From the NCBI GenBank assembly GCA_034431495.1, contig DAOUDB010000064.1, forward strand, positions 1 to 56,903: a stretch of 56,903 nt of DNA. Reading direction: 5' to 3'. Below are positions 28,419 to 38,885 of this stretch, in pieces. The notes beneath the pieces are model-generated. The model saw only the letters and a program-made list of their open reading frames with translations. It had not been told where the DNA came from and did not search any database. Origin of the DNA: Thermoflexales bacterium (lineage in GTDB: Bacteria > Chloroflexota > Anaerolineae > J036 > Brachytrichaceae). Within the stretch, counting starts at the first letter, position 1, and every line of letters begins with the position of its first letter. Made by a program: the position numbers and the translations under genes.

Positions 28419-29035
28419 TTCTCGCCTCCGCTTCTCCCCGCCGGCGCGAATTGCTGGCCGCCCTGGGTGTCGCGTTCGATACGCGCCCTTCTGATGTCGA
28501 TGAGACCTCGCTCCCCGGCGAGACTCCCCTCGACACGCAGCACCGCATCACGCTCCTCAAGGCCCGTGCGGCGAACTCGGATCACGACATCGTGATCGCA
28601 GCGGACACAACGGTGTTGCTCGACGGGGAGATGTTGAACAAGCCGGCTGACGCTGACGAGGCTCGACGCATGTTGCGGCGCCTGCGTGGCCGCGCCCACG
28701 AGGTGCAGTCGTGCCTCGTCGTCAAGCGCGGAACGCAGGAAACGATGGAGATCGTGTCATCGCTGGTGGTGATGCGCGACTACACGGACGACGAGATCGA
28801 AGCCTACATCGCCACGGGAGACCCCTTCGACAAGGCCGGCGCGTATGCGGTGCAGCACCCCGGCTTCCATCCTGTGGCGGAGATTCGCGGCTGCCCGCTG
28901 AACGTCATCGGGCTTCCCCTGTGCGCGCTGCGTAGACAATTGCCGCAACTGCCCGATCCATCGCCGGTGTGTCTGAGAATATCCGGGCGGGTCTGTCTGG
29001 AGAACCAATTGCGCCGGGACGGATCGCAGGGTTGA
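28415..29035 (+). CDS. maf: Maf-family nucleoside-triphosphate pyrophosphatase
   Basis: [22 protein letters not shown]...[28 protein letters not shown] start at 28415 overlaps the mreB stop (GTGA). The ORF-track start at 28346 lies inside mreB. Confidence 0.88.
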   Translation: MILASASPRRRELLAALGVAFDTRPSDVDETSLPGETPLDTQHRITLLKARAANSDHDIVIAADTTVLLDGEMLNKPADADEARRMLRRLRGRAHEVQSCLVVKRGTQETMEIVSSLVVMRDYTDDEIEAYIATGDPFDKAGAYAVQHPGFHPVAEIRGCPLNVIGLPLCALRRQLPQLPDPSPVCLRISGRVCLENQLRRDGSQG

Positions 29036-29065
29036 AGCGATTGCTCGCTCTGTCAGTTCGGCTTC

Positions 29066-29335
29066 TTACTGCGCGTCAGCTTTTTTGGCTGTGTCGGTCT
29101 GCTGAGATTGCGCCGGCGCTGTGTCCGCTTCGTCTTCGTTCGATTCCCACCCGATGATCCACACGCACAGGCCGGCCAGCCCGATCGTGGCCAGAATGAG
29201 GAACAGCCATTGATTCCACAGCAGGCCGACATCGCGCGCGGCAATGATCAGAACGATCACCATGCCGATGGCCAGCAGAATCCATGCTGCCAGCTTGGGG
29301 TGCTGGCTTGCCCATGACTTCAGTTTCGACAGCAT
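29066..29335 (-). CDS. Small membrane protein (89 aa, two TM segments, acidic/polar tail)
   Basis: ATG start. Two clear hydrophobic helices (AAWILLAIGMVIVLIIA; WLFLILATIGLAGLCVWIIGW). No family recognised. Confidence 0.5.
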   Translation of the reverse strand: MLSKLKSWASQHPKLAAWILLAIGMVIVLIIAARDVGLLWNQWLFLILATIGLAGLCVWIIGWESNEDEADTAPAQSQQTDTAKKADAQ

Positions 29336-29379
29336 GAGCGGGATTGTACTTCAGACGGCAGATAACAGACAACAGTTGG

Positions 29380-29403
29380 CAGGCTAACAGGCTAACAGGC
29401 TAA
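29380..29403. repeat. Three tandem octamers CAGGCTAA
   Basis: Read directly from the sequence. Lies in the spacer between the M50 protease stop and the small membrane protein start. Confidence 0.8.
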
Positions 29404-29418
29404 CTGTAATCTGTGCTC

Positions 29419-30525
29419 TCAGAAGGGCGTGGCCGAAAAGAGCGACAGGAACAGCATGGCGGTTGCCAGAAAGGCAACATTGCGGCGGAAATCCAGAGGC
29501 GTGATGTCGTTCATCGGCGTCGGGTGGCGCATGCCGCTGAGCAGCGCAAAGCCGATCCACACGAACCAGGTGGGTGACGACACAATACCCAGCACGACCA
29601 TGATCGCGATGGTCGCATATCCGATCCAGCGTGCCCACCGCCGGCCCAGTGCAGCATAGGCAATGTGGCTTCCGTCGAGCTGCCCGATGGGCAACAAGTT
29701 AATGGCGGTGATGATCAAACCAAAGCGCGCGGCTAGCAGCACCGGATTGAGCAGGATACCGTTGCTTGCCGCATCCGGGAGGAAGATGGCAATCAGCAGG
29801 TCCATCAACATCGAACGGCTGGGAGGGGCGGGCGAATCGGTGACAACGCTCATGACCAGGCCGGTGACAAACAGCGGAATGGCAACCAGCAGCCCCGCGA
29901 TCGGCCCACCTACGCCCACATCGAACAGAGCGCGTTTGTTCTCGACCGGACCGCGCAATTGAATGAATGCTCCGAAGGTGCCCAGTCCGAACGGCACCGG
30001 AATGAAGAACGGCAATGTCACCGGCAGACGGTGCCGGCGCGCCTGGATGTAGTGCCCCAGCTCGTGTGCGCCCAGGATAAGCAGCAACGTCACAGCAAAA
30101 GGGACGCCATAGGAGAGGATGCTCTCGATGGATAGGGTGTCGTCGCCCGCAAGTAGACTGGCGTACTGGCCGCCGGCAAACACAGTCGTAGCGATGGTGG
30201 CTGCCAGCAGCCCCAGATTGACCCACGGGCGCTGGGCCAGTGTGGACTGCAATTTGCCCCGAATGGCGACGATGATCTGCCGCTCGCCGGAGTCGTTTTC
30301 GCGCAGCAACGGCACGTAGCCCAGTTCGACGAAGTGCGCTTTCAGCCTGCTGAAAGCTTCCTCGGCCTCGACGCGCAATCTGCCGGTGAACGTGATGGCG
30401 CGGCCGTCCTCCATGTGCTGGTCTTCGACAGACATGATATCGGTCACTCGCGCCCGCAATGCGCTGAGTTCGTCTGCCCGTGTCGTTGGCCCTGCCTCGT
30501 AGGCTGGCTGAACGTTCGTCTCCAT
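29419..30525 (-). CDS. Site-2 protease-family (M50) membrane metalloprotease
   Basis: HELGHY zinc motif within a TM helix, multiple TM segments, and a downstream NLLPIGQLDG motif. Confidence 0.88.
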   Translation of the reverse strand: METNVQPAYEAGPTTRADELSALRARVTDIMSVEDQHMEDGRAITFTGRLRVEAEEAFSRLKAHFVELGYVPLLRENDSGERQIIVAIRGKLQSTLAQRPWVNLGLLAATIATTVFAGGQYASLLAGDDTLSIESILSYGVPFAVTLLLILGAHELGHYIQARRHRLPVTLPFFIPVPFGLGTFGAFIQLRGPVENKRALFDVGVGGPIAGLLVAIPLFVTGLVMSVVTDSPAPPSRSMLMDLLIAIFLPDAASNGILLNPVLLAARFGLIITAINLLPIGQLDGSHIAYAALGRRWARWIGYATIAIMVVLGIVSSPTWFVWIGFALLSGMRHPTPMNDITPLDFRRNVAFLATAMLFLSLFSATPF

Positions 30526-30847
30526 TCGTCTTCCTATCTAATCTTTGTTAACCGTTGACAAGCATAAGTGGAACTGCTTAGGCAAGCATGAGAGCAACTT
30601 GCCCGGCTCGCTACTCGGGGATAGCACAGATGCATCAGAATCATCCTTGCGCACAATCCAAACGTGTCATTTTTCGCGCCGAAGATGCTCAACGTTCATG
30701 CCTGGCCCGAATTCTACAGAGCAAATTTGATTCCTCTCAGTTTCCATCGGTGATATGACTTGGGCAAGCACTGTGTGGCATAGCGCCGGTTGTTGGCCGC
30801 TGTCGCACATTCTCAGTCTGTTGGATCTGAAATCAGGAGAGATAACG

Positions 30848-33800
30848 ATGAGAATAGGCATAGCTAGTTCTGTCAGGAATCGGCTGCGTGTGGTCGTGGC
30901 AGCGACACTTCTCATGCCTTTCCTTGTGTCACTGTCTGCCATGCCTGTTGTGGCAAGACAGGTTGATGCGCCCCAACGCGTTGATCCTGCGCCGGTTGCG
31001 CCCGATCTGGGCGATGCGCCGGACAGCACCAACCATCACAACATCCCCAACTGGGCCTATCCGGGCATTCCGGGGCGCTTCCCTACCGTGTGGGCGATTA
31101 CGCCCACTATGCCCCTGACAGCCCCGGCCAGTGGCCCCATCCACTTCAACAAGGATGTCTTCTGGCTGGGCGACATGGTGACTGGCGAAGAGGAGGCAGA
31201 CATTGGGCCGGACCAGGATGGCATCAACAACATCCTCAGGAATGGGGTCATCGCCGACCCACTGCTGGCTGACAACGATCGTGGCGATGATGGCTGGCTC
31301 AACCGCAACAGCGCCGGCGACCTCAGCAGCGCTGTTCTGCCGGACTGCCGTCAGACTACTCTGCGCGTTCGTGTGTCGCGCAGCCCGACGGCCCCACTCA
31401 CATTGAACCGGCTCTACCTCAACGTGTGGTTCGATGGCAACCGCGACGGTGACTGGGAAGACCAGGAGCCGTGCGGCCAGCTTACCGTGCAACGGCACGA
31501 ATGGATTGTGCACAACTTTGTGGTGATTCCGCCAACGACCACGACCTCGTTCGTTATCAGCGCTCCGACGGCGCTCGTGATGAACAAATTCCCGGAGCGC
31601 CCGGCCTGGATGCGCTTCACACTGAGCGAGCAGCCGGCTGTTGCCCCGCCCCCCCACGCGCCCGGCAACCCCGGCGGCCTGCCCGACGGTCGGGGCCCCT
31701 CTTATCCACAGGGCTTTCTGCTCGGCGAGACCGAGGACTATCTTGTCCCTGGCCTTCCCATAACTGGCACGCCCGGCACGATTGTCATCACCAAGTCGGC
31801 CGTCCTTTCGCCGTCAATTCCCGCAAACATTGGCAACCACATTCTCTATCGTGTGGATGTGGGGCATGTTGGCGGACAGGCCGGCGCTCTGGCATACACC
31901 GTCATGAGCGATGTGCTGCCCGCCGAAGTCAGACTCGTCGCCGGGCCGTTTGTCGAAGAGATCCAGCCGGAAGTGACCCCTCTCGTGGCTTACTTCGATC
32001 CGGGTGTCGGCCCGAGTGGCATGGTGGGCTGGCGCGGCGCGCTGACGGCGGGCGCCAAGGTCCGCATCTCGTTCCTGGCGCAGATTCGCCAGTGCCCGGC
32101 GCCCAGCAGTACTCTGTCAATCCGCAATGTGGCGCGCGCGCTGGACACGAACGGGCAGATCGTTCAGGCGGCAACCGAGACACCATTCAACTGTCAGCCG
32201 CCGGCCCGGCCGCCTATCACCCTGACCAAACACATTCTCATCGACCCGCCGCCGTTTATCACCCTGCCCCATGCGCTGACCGGCACGTTGTGGCCGACCA
32301 CGACGCCGGCAGTGCCAGGCCAGACGGCGCTGTTCGTTCTGGCACTGACAAGCGGTGATGCCGTGACGCGCGAAGTGCGCGTGATGGACGATATGCCGCC
32401 CGGCATGCTGGCTGTGGCTGCCGCCGCGACCAGTGGCGAAGCCCGCGTAGTCGATGCCGGCCGCGCCGTGTCATGGCGCGGCGATCTTGGCCCGGCAACT
32501 GCCCCGTTGTTCATTCGTATTCTGGTGCGCCTGGCGCAGAACGCGCCGTGTCAGAACACGTTCATCAATGTCGCCTACTGGCACACCGGCTACTACACCG
32601 GCACGAGCAACCCTGCCACGCTGACGCTGACGTGCAATGACCTGGGCGATGCGCCGGATAGCACCAACCATTTCGGCCTACCGATGCCGGCCTATCCCGC
32701 CCCGTCGGCGTCTGCTTTCATCACGGCCAACTACCCGACGGTATTCCACAGTGGCATTGCCGGCGACCCGCCCGGCCCCAGTCATCAGATGCCCAGGTTG
32801 TTGCATCTTGGCACGGCAGTCAGCCTCGAAGAGGAAGCCGATATCGGTTTTGACGCCGACGGTGTGAACAACATTCGCCCACCGGCACGCGCGGCCAATC
32901 TCGACAAGCACGATGATGGCATCCGTCCGGCCACGCTTGTCTTCAGCAATTGCCAGCCGGCACGTATCCCGGTGCTGCTGAGCATCGATCCGGCGGTGAT
33001 GGCGGTACTGACCACCACAGCCAGCCGGGTTGCCTTTGTCAATGTCTGGCTGGATGGGAATCGGGATGGCGACTGGGCTGATGCCTTCCAGTGCCCGGTC
33101 TCGCCCGATGTCAATCCTGTGCCGGCCCGCGAGCACATCGTTGTCGATTTTCCGGTTAATCTGGCTACGCTCGGCCCCGGCTTGCACACTGTGATTGTGC
33201 CGACCAGCGGGCCGGTACCATGGCCGACCGACATGGTGACCCGGCCGGCCTGGTTGCGCGTCACGCTCAGCGAGCGCCCGTCGAACAAGACGCTGCCCGC
33301 CGGTTGCGCCGGCTCGAGCTGCGCGTATGGCGATGGCCGGGGCTATCCCATCCCCTTCCGCTTGGGTGAAACAGAAGATTACCTGATTCGCTTCGCGCCG
33401 CCCGGCCAGGGCGAGGCCGATGCGGCGGTGAACAAACATGGCATCGTGCTGCCGCGAACGAACGCAGCCGGTGACGTGATCTGGAACCTGGACTGGCGCG
33501 TGGAGTATCGCAATCTGGGCGGTTCGACTGCCGAGAATGTCGTCATCGTCGATGCCTATGAGGGTGATCTGCGCAACGTGGATGTGCGAACGGTCCCGCA
33601 ACTGAGCAGCACCGCAAGCGCGGGTGTGATCACCTTCACCGTCGGCGCGCTCGAGCCGGGCCAGGCCGGCTTCATCGGCCTCAAAACCCGCGCCCCGATC
33701 ACCACACCGCCCGGCACAGTTTTCACCAACACCGTCAGGATCTACAGCAGCAATGATGTGACCGATGCCAACAACACCGACGTGGTGACGCTGACTATCC

Positions 33801-35077
33801 CGCTGCTGCCGCCGGTCATCGTCTGGCCCATCCCCGGCACAAGCTGCACCGGCACGCTCACCGTCGCGGGTCGCGCGCAGCCGGGCGCCGAAGTCGATGT
33901 GTACATCGACAACGCGCTGGCCGGCACGGTCTTTTCCAGCGACGATGGCAACTGGTCTTATGAGGCAACGTTGGACGACGGCAGCCACGAGATCTACGCC
34001 GTCGCGCGCTTTGGCGAATTGTCCAGCGAGCGGTCGCCGATCGTGCGCATCATCGTCGATAGCGAACTGACCTGGAGCCCGATCACGCTGCGCTTTGTGG
34101 ACGATCATGGGCGTATCCTCATCCCACGCGACCGCGAGGGCCGGCTGGATGAGTCGGGTTGGATCGTGCGCTTGCAGCCCACTCGAACCTACACCGTGAG
34201 CGTGCATGTGTGCTGTGCCGATCCGAACGCGACTGTGACGCTGAACGTCCCCGGTCTGGGCGAGGTAACGTTGACAGACGCCGATGGCGATCAGACATAT
34301 GAGGCGACGTTCACCACCGGCCCGGCGGTCACGCTGGCCGGCCAGAACCTCACGCTGTGCGTGACGTGCAATCTGATCCGCCGCTGCTCGGATGGCCGGG
34401 TGATGATCGACCCGCTGGGTGTGGTGTACAACCTGTTGCAGGGTGCGGCAGCGCCATTGCAGAACGCCACGGTCATGTGTTACGTGGCTCAGCCGGCGCA
34501 GGCCGGCGGCAGCGCGAACACCTACAGCCAGTGGCCGGCCGATCTGTATAGTCAGGTCAATCCGCAGACGACCGGCGCGGACGGGCGCTTCAGCTTCTTC
34601 ACGCCACCCGGAACGTACCAGCTTCAGGTCAGCAAGCCCGGCTTCCAGCCATATCGTAGTTGGGACATTGTCGTGTCGAGTGAGCCTGTGACGCGCGATG
34701 TGCCCATGACACCCATCGTGGCTCAGACGCCGAACTACACTGTAACCATCGGGCCGGAGGGATTCGAGCCGACCGTGCTTGTCGTACGGCCCGGCGCGGT
34801 GATTGCCTGGCTGAACACGGACACGACGCCCAGAACGTCCACCAGCCTGATCCCGACGGCGGGTGAGGCGTCGGCGGCGGACGCGCTGGTACCTCAAACT
34901 GTGTCTGCCAGTAGCGCAGATGCCTGGGATAGCGGCCTGCTCGACATGGGCGACTACTATGTGCGGCAACTCGTCGCCGAGGGCGTGTACACCTACTACG
35001 ACGCTGAGAACCCGGCCAACCAGGCCACGGTGATCGTCCAGATGGCAAAGGTGTATATCCCGATCGCCATGCGCTGA
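30848..35077 (+). CDS. Secreted multi-domain surface protein (1410 aa): signal peptide, two GEVED-like modules, DUF11-like repeats, Ig-like / carboxypeptidase-regulatory-like domains and a cupredoxin-like C-terminus
   Basis: AGGAGA RBS and ATG at 30848 (MRIGIASS...LSAMPVVARQ signal peptide). LGDAPDSTNH...DGxNN...WxDGNRDGDW...GETEDYL occurs twice. GADGRFSFFTPPGTYQLQVSKPGFQPY resembles a CarboxypepD_reg domain. The C-terminal beta-sandwich (VVRPGAVIAWLNTD...GVYTYYD) lacks Cu ligands. Confidence 0.85.
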   Translation: MRIGIASSVRNRLRVVVAATLLMPFLVSLSAMPVVARQVDAPQRVDPAPVAPDLGDAPDSTNHHNIPNWAYPGIPGRFPTVWAITPTMPLTAPASGPIHFNKDVFWLGDMVTGEEEADIGPDQDGINNILRNGVIADPLLADNDRGDDGWLNRNSAGDLSSAVLPDCRQTTLRVRVSRSPTAPLTLNRLYLNVWFDGNRDGDWEDQEPCGQLTVQRHEWIVHNFVVIPPTTTTSFVISAPTALVMNKFPERPAWMRFTLSEQPAVAPPPHAPGNPGGLPDGRGPSYPQGFLLGETEDYLVPGLPITGTPGTIVITKSAVLSPSIPANIGNHILYRVDVGHVGGQAGALAYTVMSDVLPAEVRLVAGPFVEEIQPEVTPLVAYFDPGVGPSGMVGWRGALTAGAKVRISFLAQIRQCPAPSSTLSIRNVARALDTNGQIVQAATETPFNCQPPARPPITLTKHILIDPPPFITLPHALTGTLWPTTTPAVPGQTALFVLALTSGDAVTREVRVMDDMPPGMLAVAAAATSGEARVVDAGRAVSWRGDLGPATAPLFIRILVRLAQNAPCQNTFINVAYWHTGYYTGTSNPATLTLTCNDLGDAPDSTNHFGLPMPAYPAPSASAFITANYPTVFHSGIAGDPPGPSHQMPRLLHLGTAVSLEEEADIGFDADGVNNIRPPARAANLDKHDDGIRPATLVFSNCQPARIPVLLSIDPAVMAVLTTTASRVAFVNVWLDGNRDGDWADAFQCPVSPDVNPVPAREHIVVDFPVNLATLGPGLHTVIVPTSGPVPWPTDMVTRPAWLRVTLSERPSNKTLPAGCAGSSCAYGDGRGYPIPFRLGETEDYLIRFAPPGQGEADAAVNKHGIVLPRTNAAGDVIWNLDWRVEYRNLGGSTAENVVIVDAYEGDLRNVDVRTVPQLSSTASAGVITFTVGALEPGQAGFIGLKTRAPITTPPGTVFTNTVRIYSSNDVTDANNTDVVTLTIPLLPPVIVWPIPGTSCTGTLTVAGRAQPGAEVDVYIDNALAGTVFSSDDGNWSYEATLDDGSHEIYAVARFGELSSERSPIVRIIVDSELTWSPITLRFVDDHGRILIPRDREGRLDESGWIVRLQPTRTYTVSVHVCCADPNATVTLNVPGLGEVTLTDADGDQTYEATFTTGPAVTLAGQNLTLCVTCNLIRRCSDGRVMIDPLGVVYNLLQGAAAPLQNATVMCYVAQPAQAGGSANTYSQWPADLYSQVNPQTTGADGRFSFFTPPGTYQLQVSKPGFQPYRSWDIVVSSEPVTRDVPMTPIVAQTPNYTVTIGPEGFEPTVLVVRPGAVIAWLNTDTTPRTSTSLIPTAGEASAADALVPQTVSASSADAWDSGLLDMGDYYVRQLVAEGVYTYYDAENPANQATVIVQMAKVYIPIAMR

Positions 35078-35127
35078 TTCCGCTGTGTGCAGGCTAAAGC
35101 CTGCCGACATAGCGAACTTCGTCCGCA

Positions 35128-35165
35128 AAGGCTGACTTCCTGAAAAGGGAGTCAGCCTTCCTTTG
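35128..35165 (+). terminator. 13-bp stem hairpin (aaggctgacttcc tgaaaa gggagtcagcctt) followed by CCTTTG
   Basis: Lies 50 nt past the stop of the 1410-aa gene. One G-U pair. Weak T-tract. Confidence 0.45.
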
Positions 35166-35282
35166 CTACAATCCCGCCATTGTGCGCCACGCCCATCGGC
35201 CATCCCGGCTGTGCGAGCCTGGTCCGTGCCGACCCTGTCTGTGTTATCAGTCTACGCTGCGCGGCGCGCGACTGGCGGTTTC

Positions 35283-36272
35283 ATGAAAGCATCGATCATT
35301 CGGACTGTGTCCGCTTGGACTGCGCCCGCTCGGACTACGCCTGCCCCCGTGGCCGGCCAGAAAGCCGGGCCTGCCTATGCCCGCTGGCAAGTCATTCTGG
35401 CGTTTGCGGCGTTGTACATCATCTGGGGGTCCACCTACCTGGGCATCCGCTTCGCCATCGAAACGATGCCCCCGTTTGCCATGGCGAGTTCGCGCTTCCT
35501 GCTATCGGGCGCAATGCTGGTGGCGTGGGCGCGCTTTCGCGGGGCGCCCTGGCCCACGCGCCGGCAATGGGCGCATGCAGCCATGATCGGCGCGTGCCTG
35601 CTTTTCCTCGGCAACGGTGGGGTGGTGTGGGCCGAACAACGACATGTCCCCTCCAGCCTGGTGGCGCTGCTGGTGGCGACCACGCCGGCCTGGGTGGCCG
35701 TCATCGACTGGCTGCGGCCCGGCGGCAGCAAACCCAATCGCGGCGTGATGGCCGGCGTGGCACTGGGCTTTGTCGGCGTTGTGTTGCTCATTGGCCCGGC
35801 CAGACTCCCCGACGGCAGCGCGGTCGAGTTGTTTGGTATGGCGCTGGTGGTGGCAGCCTCGCTGGCATGGGCCGGCGGGTCGGTCTTCTCGCGGCATGCC
35901 GATCATCCCCAGTCGCCGCTGATGGACACCGGCATTCAGGCGCTGGCCGGCAGCAGCATGGTATTTGTCGTGTCGGTGCTGAATGGCGATTGGCTGCGCC
36001 TGAATCTTGAAGCCATCTCGTTGCGCTCGGTCGCGGCCTATGTATATCTGGTGATCGCCGGCGGCATCGTCGCCTTCACCGCGTTTGTGTGGCTGGTTAA
36101 GCGGATCGAGCCGTCTCGTGTTGCCACATATGCCTACGTCAACCCGGTGGTGGCGGTGTTTCTGGGCTGGGCGCTAGCCGGAGAGTTGTTGACCATCGAG
36201 ACGCTGATTGCTTCAGCAATCGTGGTGCTGGCTGTGGCGATCATCGTCACATATCGGAGCCGGGGAACGTGA
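35283..36272 (+). CDS. EamA/DMT-superfamily transporter
   Basis: Ten hydrophobic segments and two EamA repeats (ALYIIWGSTYLGIRFAIE...; ...YAYVNPVVAVFLGWALAGE). Start trimmed to the ATG at 35283. Confidence 0.85.
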   Translation: MKASIIRTVSAWTAPARTTPAPVAGQKAGPAYARWQVILAFAALYIIWGSTYLGIRFAIETMPPFAMASSRFLLSGAMLVAWARFRGAPWPTRRQWAHAAMIGACLLFLGNGGVVWAEQRHVPSSLVALLVATTPAWVAVIDWLRPGGSKPNRGVMAGVALGFVGVVLLIGPARLPDGSAVELFGMALVVAASLAWAGGSVFSRHADHPQSPLMDTGIQALAGSSMVFVVSVLNGDWLRLNLEAISLRSVAAYVYLVIAGGIVAFTAFVWLVKRIEPSRVATYAYVNPVVAVFLGWALAGELLTIETLIASAIVVLAVAIIVTYRSRGT

Positions 36273-37408
36273 GCGCACAGGATGAGTTGACCACGATCGT
36301 GAGGCAGACGCAGTTGAGTAGCGTGGATGGGGAGGCCGGCCGGCTTGCTATTCGCGGCTACCCGATCGAAGAACTGGCCGGGCGTGCGACCTATGAGGAA
36401 GCCGCGTATCTGCTCTGGCATGGCGAACTCCCGGACGCGCCGGCGTTGTCTGCGTTCGCAGGCGAGTTGGCATCCCGTCGCGCGTTGCACCCGGCCAGCC
36501 TTGAGCTGCTGAAGGCGTGCGCCGGCGAGCGCGTGACGCCCATGGACGCCATTGGCATGGCTGTGGGCACGCTGGGATTGGGCGTCGCGCAGGATGATGC
36601 GCCGATGACCCTTGTTGCCCGTTTCCCAACGCTGGTCGCGGCGTATTGGCGATTGTTGAACGGCCATGACCCGATCGCCCCGCGCGCCGATCTGGGCCAC
36701 ACTGCCAACTATCTCTACATGCTGGATGGGCAACTACCGAACGCCGGGCGCGTGAAGGCAGTCGAAACGTATCTGGTCACGCTGATCGATCATGGCATCA
36801 GCGCGTCCACGTTTGCCGCGCGGGTCATCATGTCCACGCAATCAGATGTGGTCGCGGCGGTGGCCGGCGCAGTGGGCGCACTGAAGGGGCCGCTGCACGG
36901 CGGCGCGCCGGGGCCTACCCTGCGCATGGTGCTGGAGATTGGCCGGCCCGAGCGCGTCGAATCCAGCTTGCGCGACAGGCTGGCGCGCGGGGAACGGCTG
37001 ATGGGCTTCGGTCATCGTGACTACAAGGTGCGCGATCCGCGCTGCGACGTGCTGGCAGCGGCGGCGCAGGCGGTCTATCAAGCGCAACAGGACATGGCGA
37101 CCTATGCGCTGGCGCGCCGGGTGGAGGAAGTGGCGGTGCGGCTGTTGGCAGCGCACAAGCCGGGGCGTCGCCTGTACGCCAACGTCGAGTTCTACGCCAG
37201 TCTACTGATGCACGGCGCCGGCTTGCCGGCCGAGTTGTTCACGCCCACATTTGCCGTGGCGCGCGCAGCCGGCTGGGTGGCGCATTGCCTCGAACAGCGG
37301 CGCGCCAATCGCATGCTCCAACCGCAAACGGTGTACACAGGGCCGCAGGGCCGGCGTTGGATTCCGCTTGAGTACAGGCCGGCCGCCCGCAGGACGGAAC
37401 TGTCATGA
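36269..37408 (+). CDS. Citrate synthase-family protein (short form; citrate/2-methylcitrate synthase or citryl-CoA lyase-like)
   Basis: LKGPLHGGA, GFGHRDYKVRDPR, NVEFYAS. GTG start overlaps the upstream stop (GTGA). Confidence 0.78.
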   Translation: MSAQDELTTIVRQTQLSSVDGEAGRLAIRGYPIEELAGRATYEEAAYLLWHGELPDAPALSAFAGELASRRALHPASLELLKACAGERVTPMDAIGMAVGTLGLGVAQDDAPMTLVARFPTLVAAYWRLLNGHDPIAPRADLGHTANYLYMLDGQLPNAGRVKAVETYLVTLIDHGISASTFAARVIMSTQSDVVAAVAGAVGALKGPLHGGAPGPTLRMVLEIGRPERVESSLRDRLARGERLMGFGHRDYKVRDPRCDVLAAAAQAVYQAQQDMATYALARRVEEVAVRLLAAHKPGRRLYANVEFYASLLMHGAGLPAELFTPTFAVARAAGWVAHCLEQRRANRMLQPQTVYTGPQGRRWIPLEYRPAARRTELS

Positions 37409-38130
37409 GCGAATTGCTGTATCAGACCGATAGTTATCTTCAGACCTTCGAAGCGACGGTGATGGCCGTGGATGGCGCGGCGCGCAGTGTGACCCTCGAC
37501 CGCACAGCGTTCTATCCCGGCGGTGGCGGTCAGCCATGCGATGTGGGTGTGTTGACCATTGCCGGCGTCGCGTATCCGGTGCTGCGCGCGCAGAAATCCG
37601 GCGATGATGTGGCGCACGTGCTGGGCGGCGATGTGCCCGCACCAGAGGCCGGCGCCCTGGCGCAGGGCCAGATCGACTGGACGCGCCGCTATCAACTCAT
37701 GCGGACGCACACTGCGCTGCATATCCTGTGCGGCATCATCTTCCGTGATTTTGGCGCGCATGTGACCGGCGGCAACATGGAGCCGCTGCAGGGCCGCATG
37801 GACTTCGAATTCGAAACGTTGCACAAGGATTTCGTGCAGCAGGTTGAGGCGGCCGTGAACAGGGAGATCGAAGCTGCCCGGCCGGTGCGAGTCGCCATCC
37901 TGCCGCGCGCAGAGGCGTTTCAAATCCCCGACCTGATTCGCACCAAGATCAACTTGCTGCCCGAGGGCATTCAGTTCGTGCGCGTGGTGGAAATTGCCGG
38001 GCTGGATGTGCAGGCCGACGGCGGCACGCACGTGCGCAACACGTCGGAGGTCGGGCGCATTCGCGTGACCGACTATAAGAGCAAGGGAAAGATCAACAAG
38101 CGTCTATACATCCAAATCGAGCCGGCATGA
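37405..38130 (+). CDS. alaX: AlaX-M-type alanyl-tRNA editing protein
   Basis: [18 protein letters not shown] (HxxxH) and GGTHV motifs, with the usual Cys preceding GGTH replaced by Asp here. 241 aa. ATGA overlap with the upstream gene. Confidence 0.8.
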   Translation: MSELLYQTDSYLQTFEATVMAVDGAARSVTLDRTAFYPGGGGQPCDVGVLTIAGVAYPVLRAQKSGDDVAHVLGGDVPAPEAGALAQGQIDWTRRYQLMRTHTALHILCGIIFRDFGAHVTGGNMEPLQGRMDFEFETLHKDFVQQVEAAVNREIEAARPVRVAILPRAEAFQIPDLIRTKINLLPEGIQFVRVVEIAGLDVQADGGTHVRNTSEVGRIRVTDYKSKGKINKRLYIQIEPA

Positions 38131-38885
38131 CGCAACCACATCCTCATCCGACCCGGCTGGCCGAGCTGTGGGCCGGGGCGAGGGATACCTTCCCGCTCAT
38201 CGTCGGCACGATCCCGTTTGGCGTCATCTTCGGCGCGGTGGCCGTGACCAGCGGCGTCAGCGTGGGCGGGACGATGGCGATGTCGGCGTTTGTGTTCGCC
38301 GGCTCGGCGCAATTCATTGCGGCCGGGTTGGTGGGGGGCGGGGCCGGCGCGCTGGTGATCGTGGTCACCACGTTTGTGGTGAATCTGCGTCATGCCCTGT
38401 ATGCCGCTTCGCTGGCGCCGCATATGAAGCATCTGCCGCAACGTTGGCTGGCGCCGCTGGGCTTCTGGCTGACCGACGAGACCTACGTGGTGGTTGTCTC
38501 GCGTTACAGCCGGGCCGATGGATCGCCGCACAAGCACTGGTATCACCTGGGGTCGGCGCTGTTCATGTATGCCAACTGGCAGCTTTGCACGTGGATTGGT
38601 CTGATTGCCGGCCAGTCGATTCCAAACCCGCGCGCGTGGGGGCTGGATTTTGCGCTGGTGGTGACGTTCATCGGTATGCTGGCGCAGTTCATCCGCAACA
38701 AGCCGGCGCTGGCGGCTGCCGGCGTGGCGGGGGCCACGGCAGTTGCGGCGCATAGCTTGCCAAACCAGATCGGCTTGTTGATCGCGGCGCTGGCCGGCAT
38801 TGTGGCCGGCATGGCTGCCGAGGCGGTGTGGCCGGCAACGGAAGAGGCGCGTCCTGCAAGCGCGGAGGTAGTCATCGATGAGTGA
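38127..38885 (+). CDS. azlC: AzlC-family branched-chain amino-acid exporter subunit
   Basis: [15 protein letters not shown]....[11 protein letters not shown]... and about 6 TM segments. Immediately followed by an azlD-like gene. ATGA overlap with the upstream gene. Confidence 0.82.
   Translation: MTQPHPHPTRLAELWAGARDTFPLIVGTIPFGVIFGAVAVTSGVSVGGTMAMSAFVFAGSAQFIAAGLVGGGAGALVIVVTTFVVNLRHALYAASLAPHMKHLPQRWLAPLGFWLTDETYVVVVSRYSRADGSPHKHWYHLGSALFMYANWQLCTWIGLIAGQSIPNPRAWGLDFALVVTFIGMLAQFIRNKPALAAAGVAGATAVAAHSLPNQIGLLIAALAGIVAGMAAEAVWPATEEARPASAEVVIDE

Noticed and set aside
30555-30583. TTGACA -35-like hexamer upstream of the surface-protein gene
   Set aside because: The best -10 at 17-nt spacing is TTAGGC, which is a poor match. 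Evidence is insufficient to call a promoter.
34690-35077. Cupredoxin-like C-terminal domain of the surface protein as a copper or redox site
   Set aside because: The positions that would carry the Cys/His/Met copper ligands read D/N/Q-type residues (GVYTYYDAENPANQATVIV), so it is probably only a structural beta-sandwich.
32678-35203. 841-aa minus-strand ORF antisense to the large surface-protein gene
   Set aside because: Same GC artefact: Arg/Gly/Ala/His-rich and not protein-like. The plus-strand frame has a signal peptide, an RBS and recognisable repeated domains.
35180-36010. 276-aa alternative-frame ORF overlapping the EamA transporter gene
   Set aside because: The Arg/Gly/Cys-rich translation is implausible. 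The chosen frame gives ten clean TM helices.
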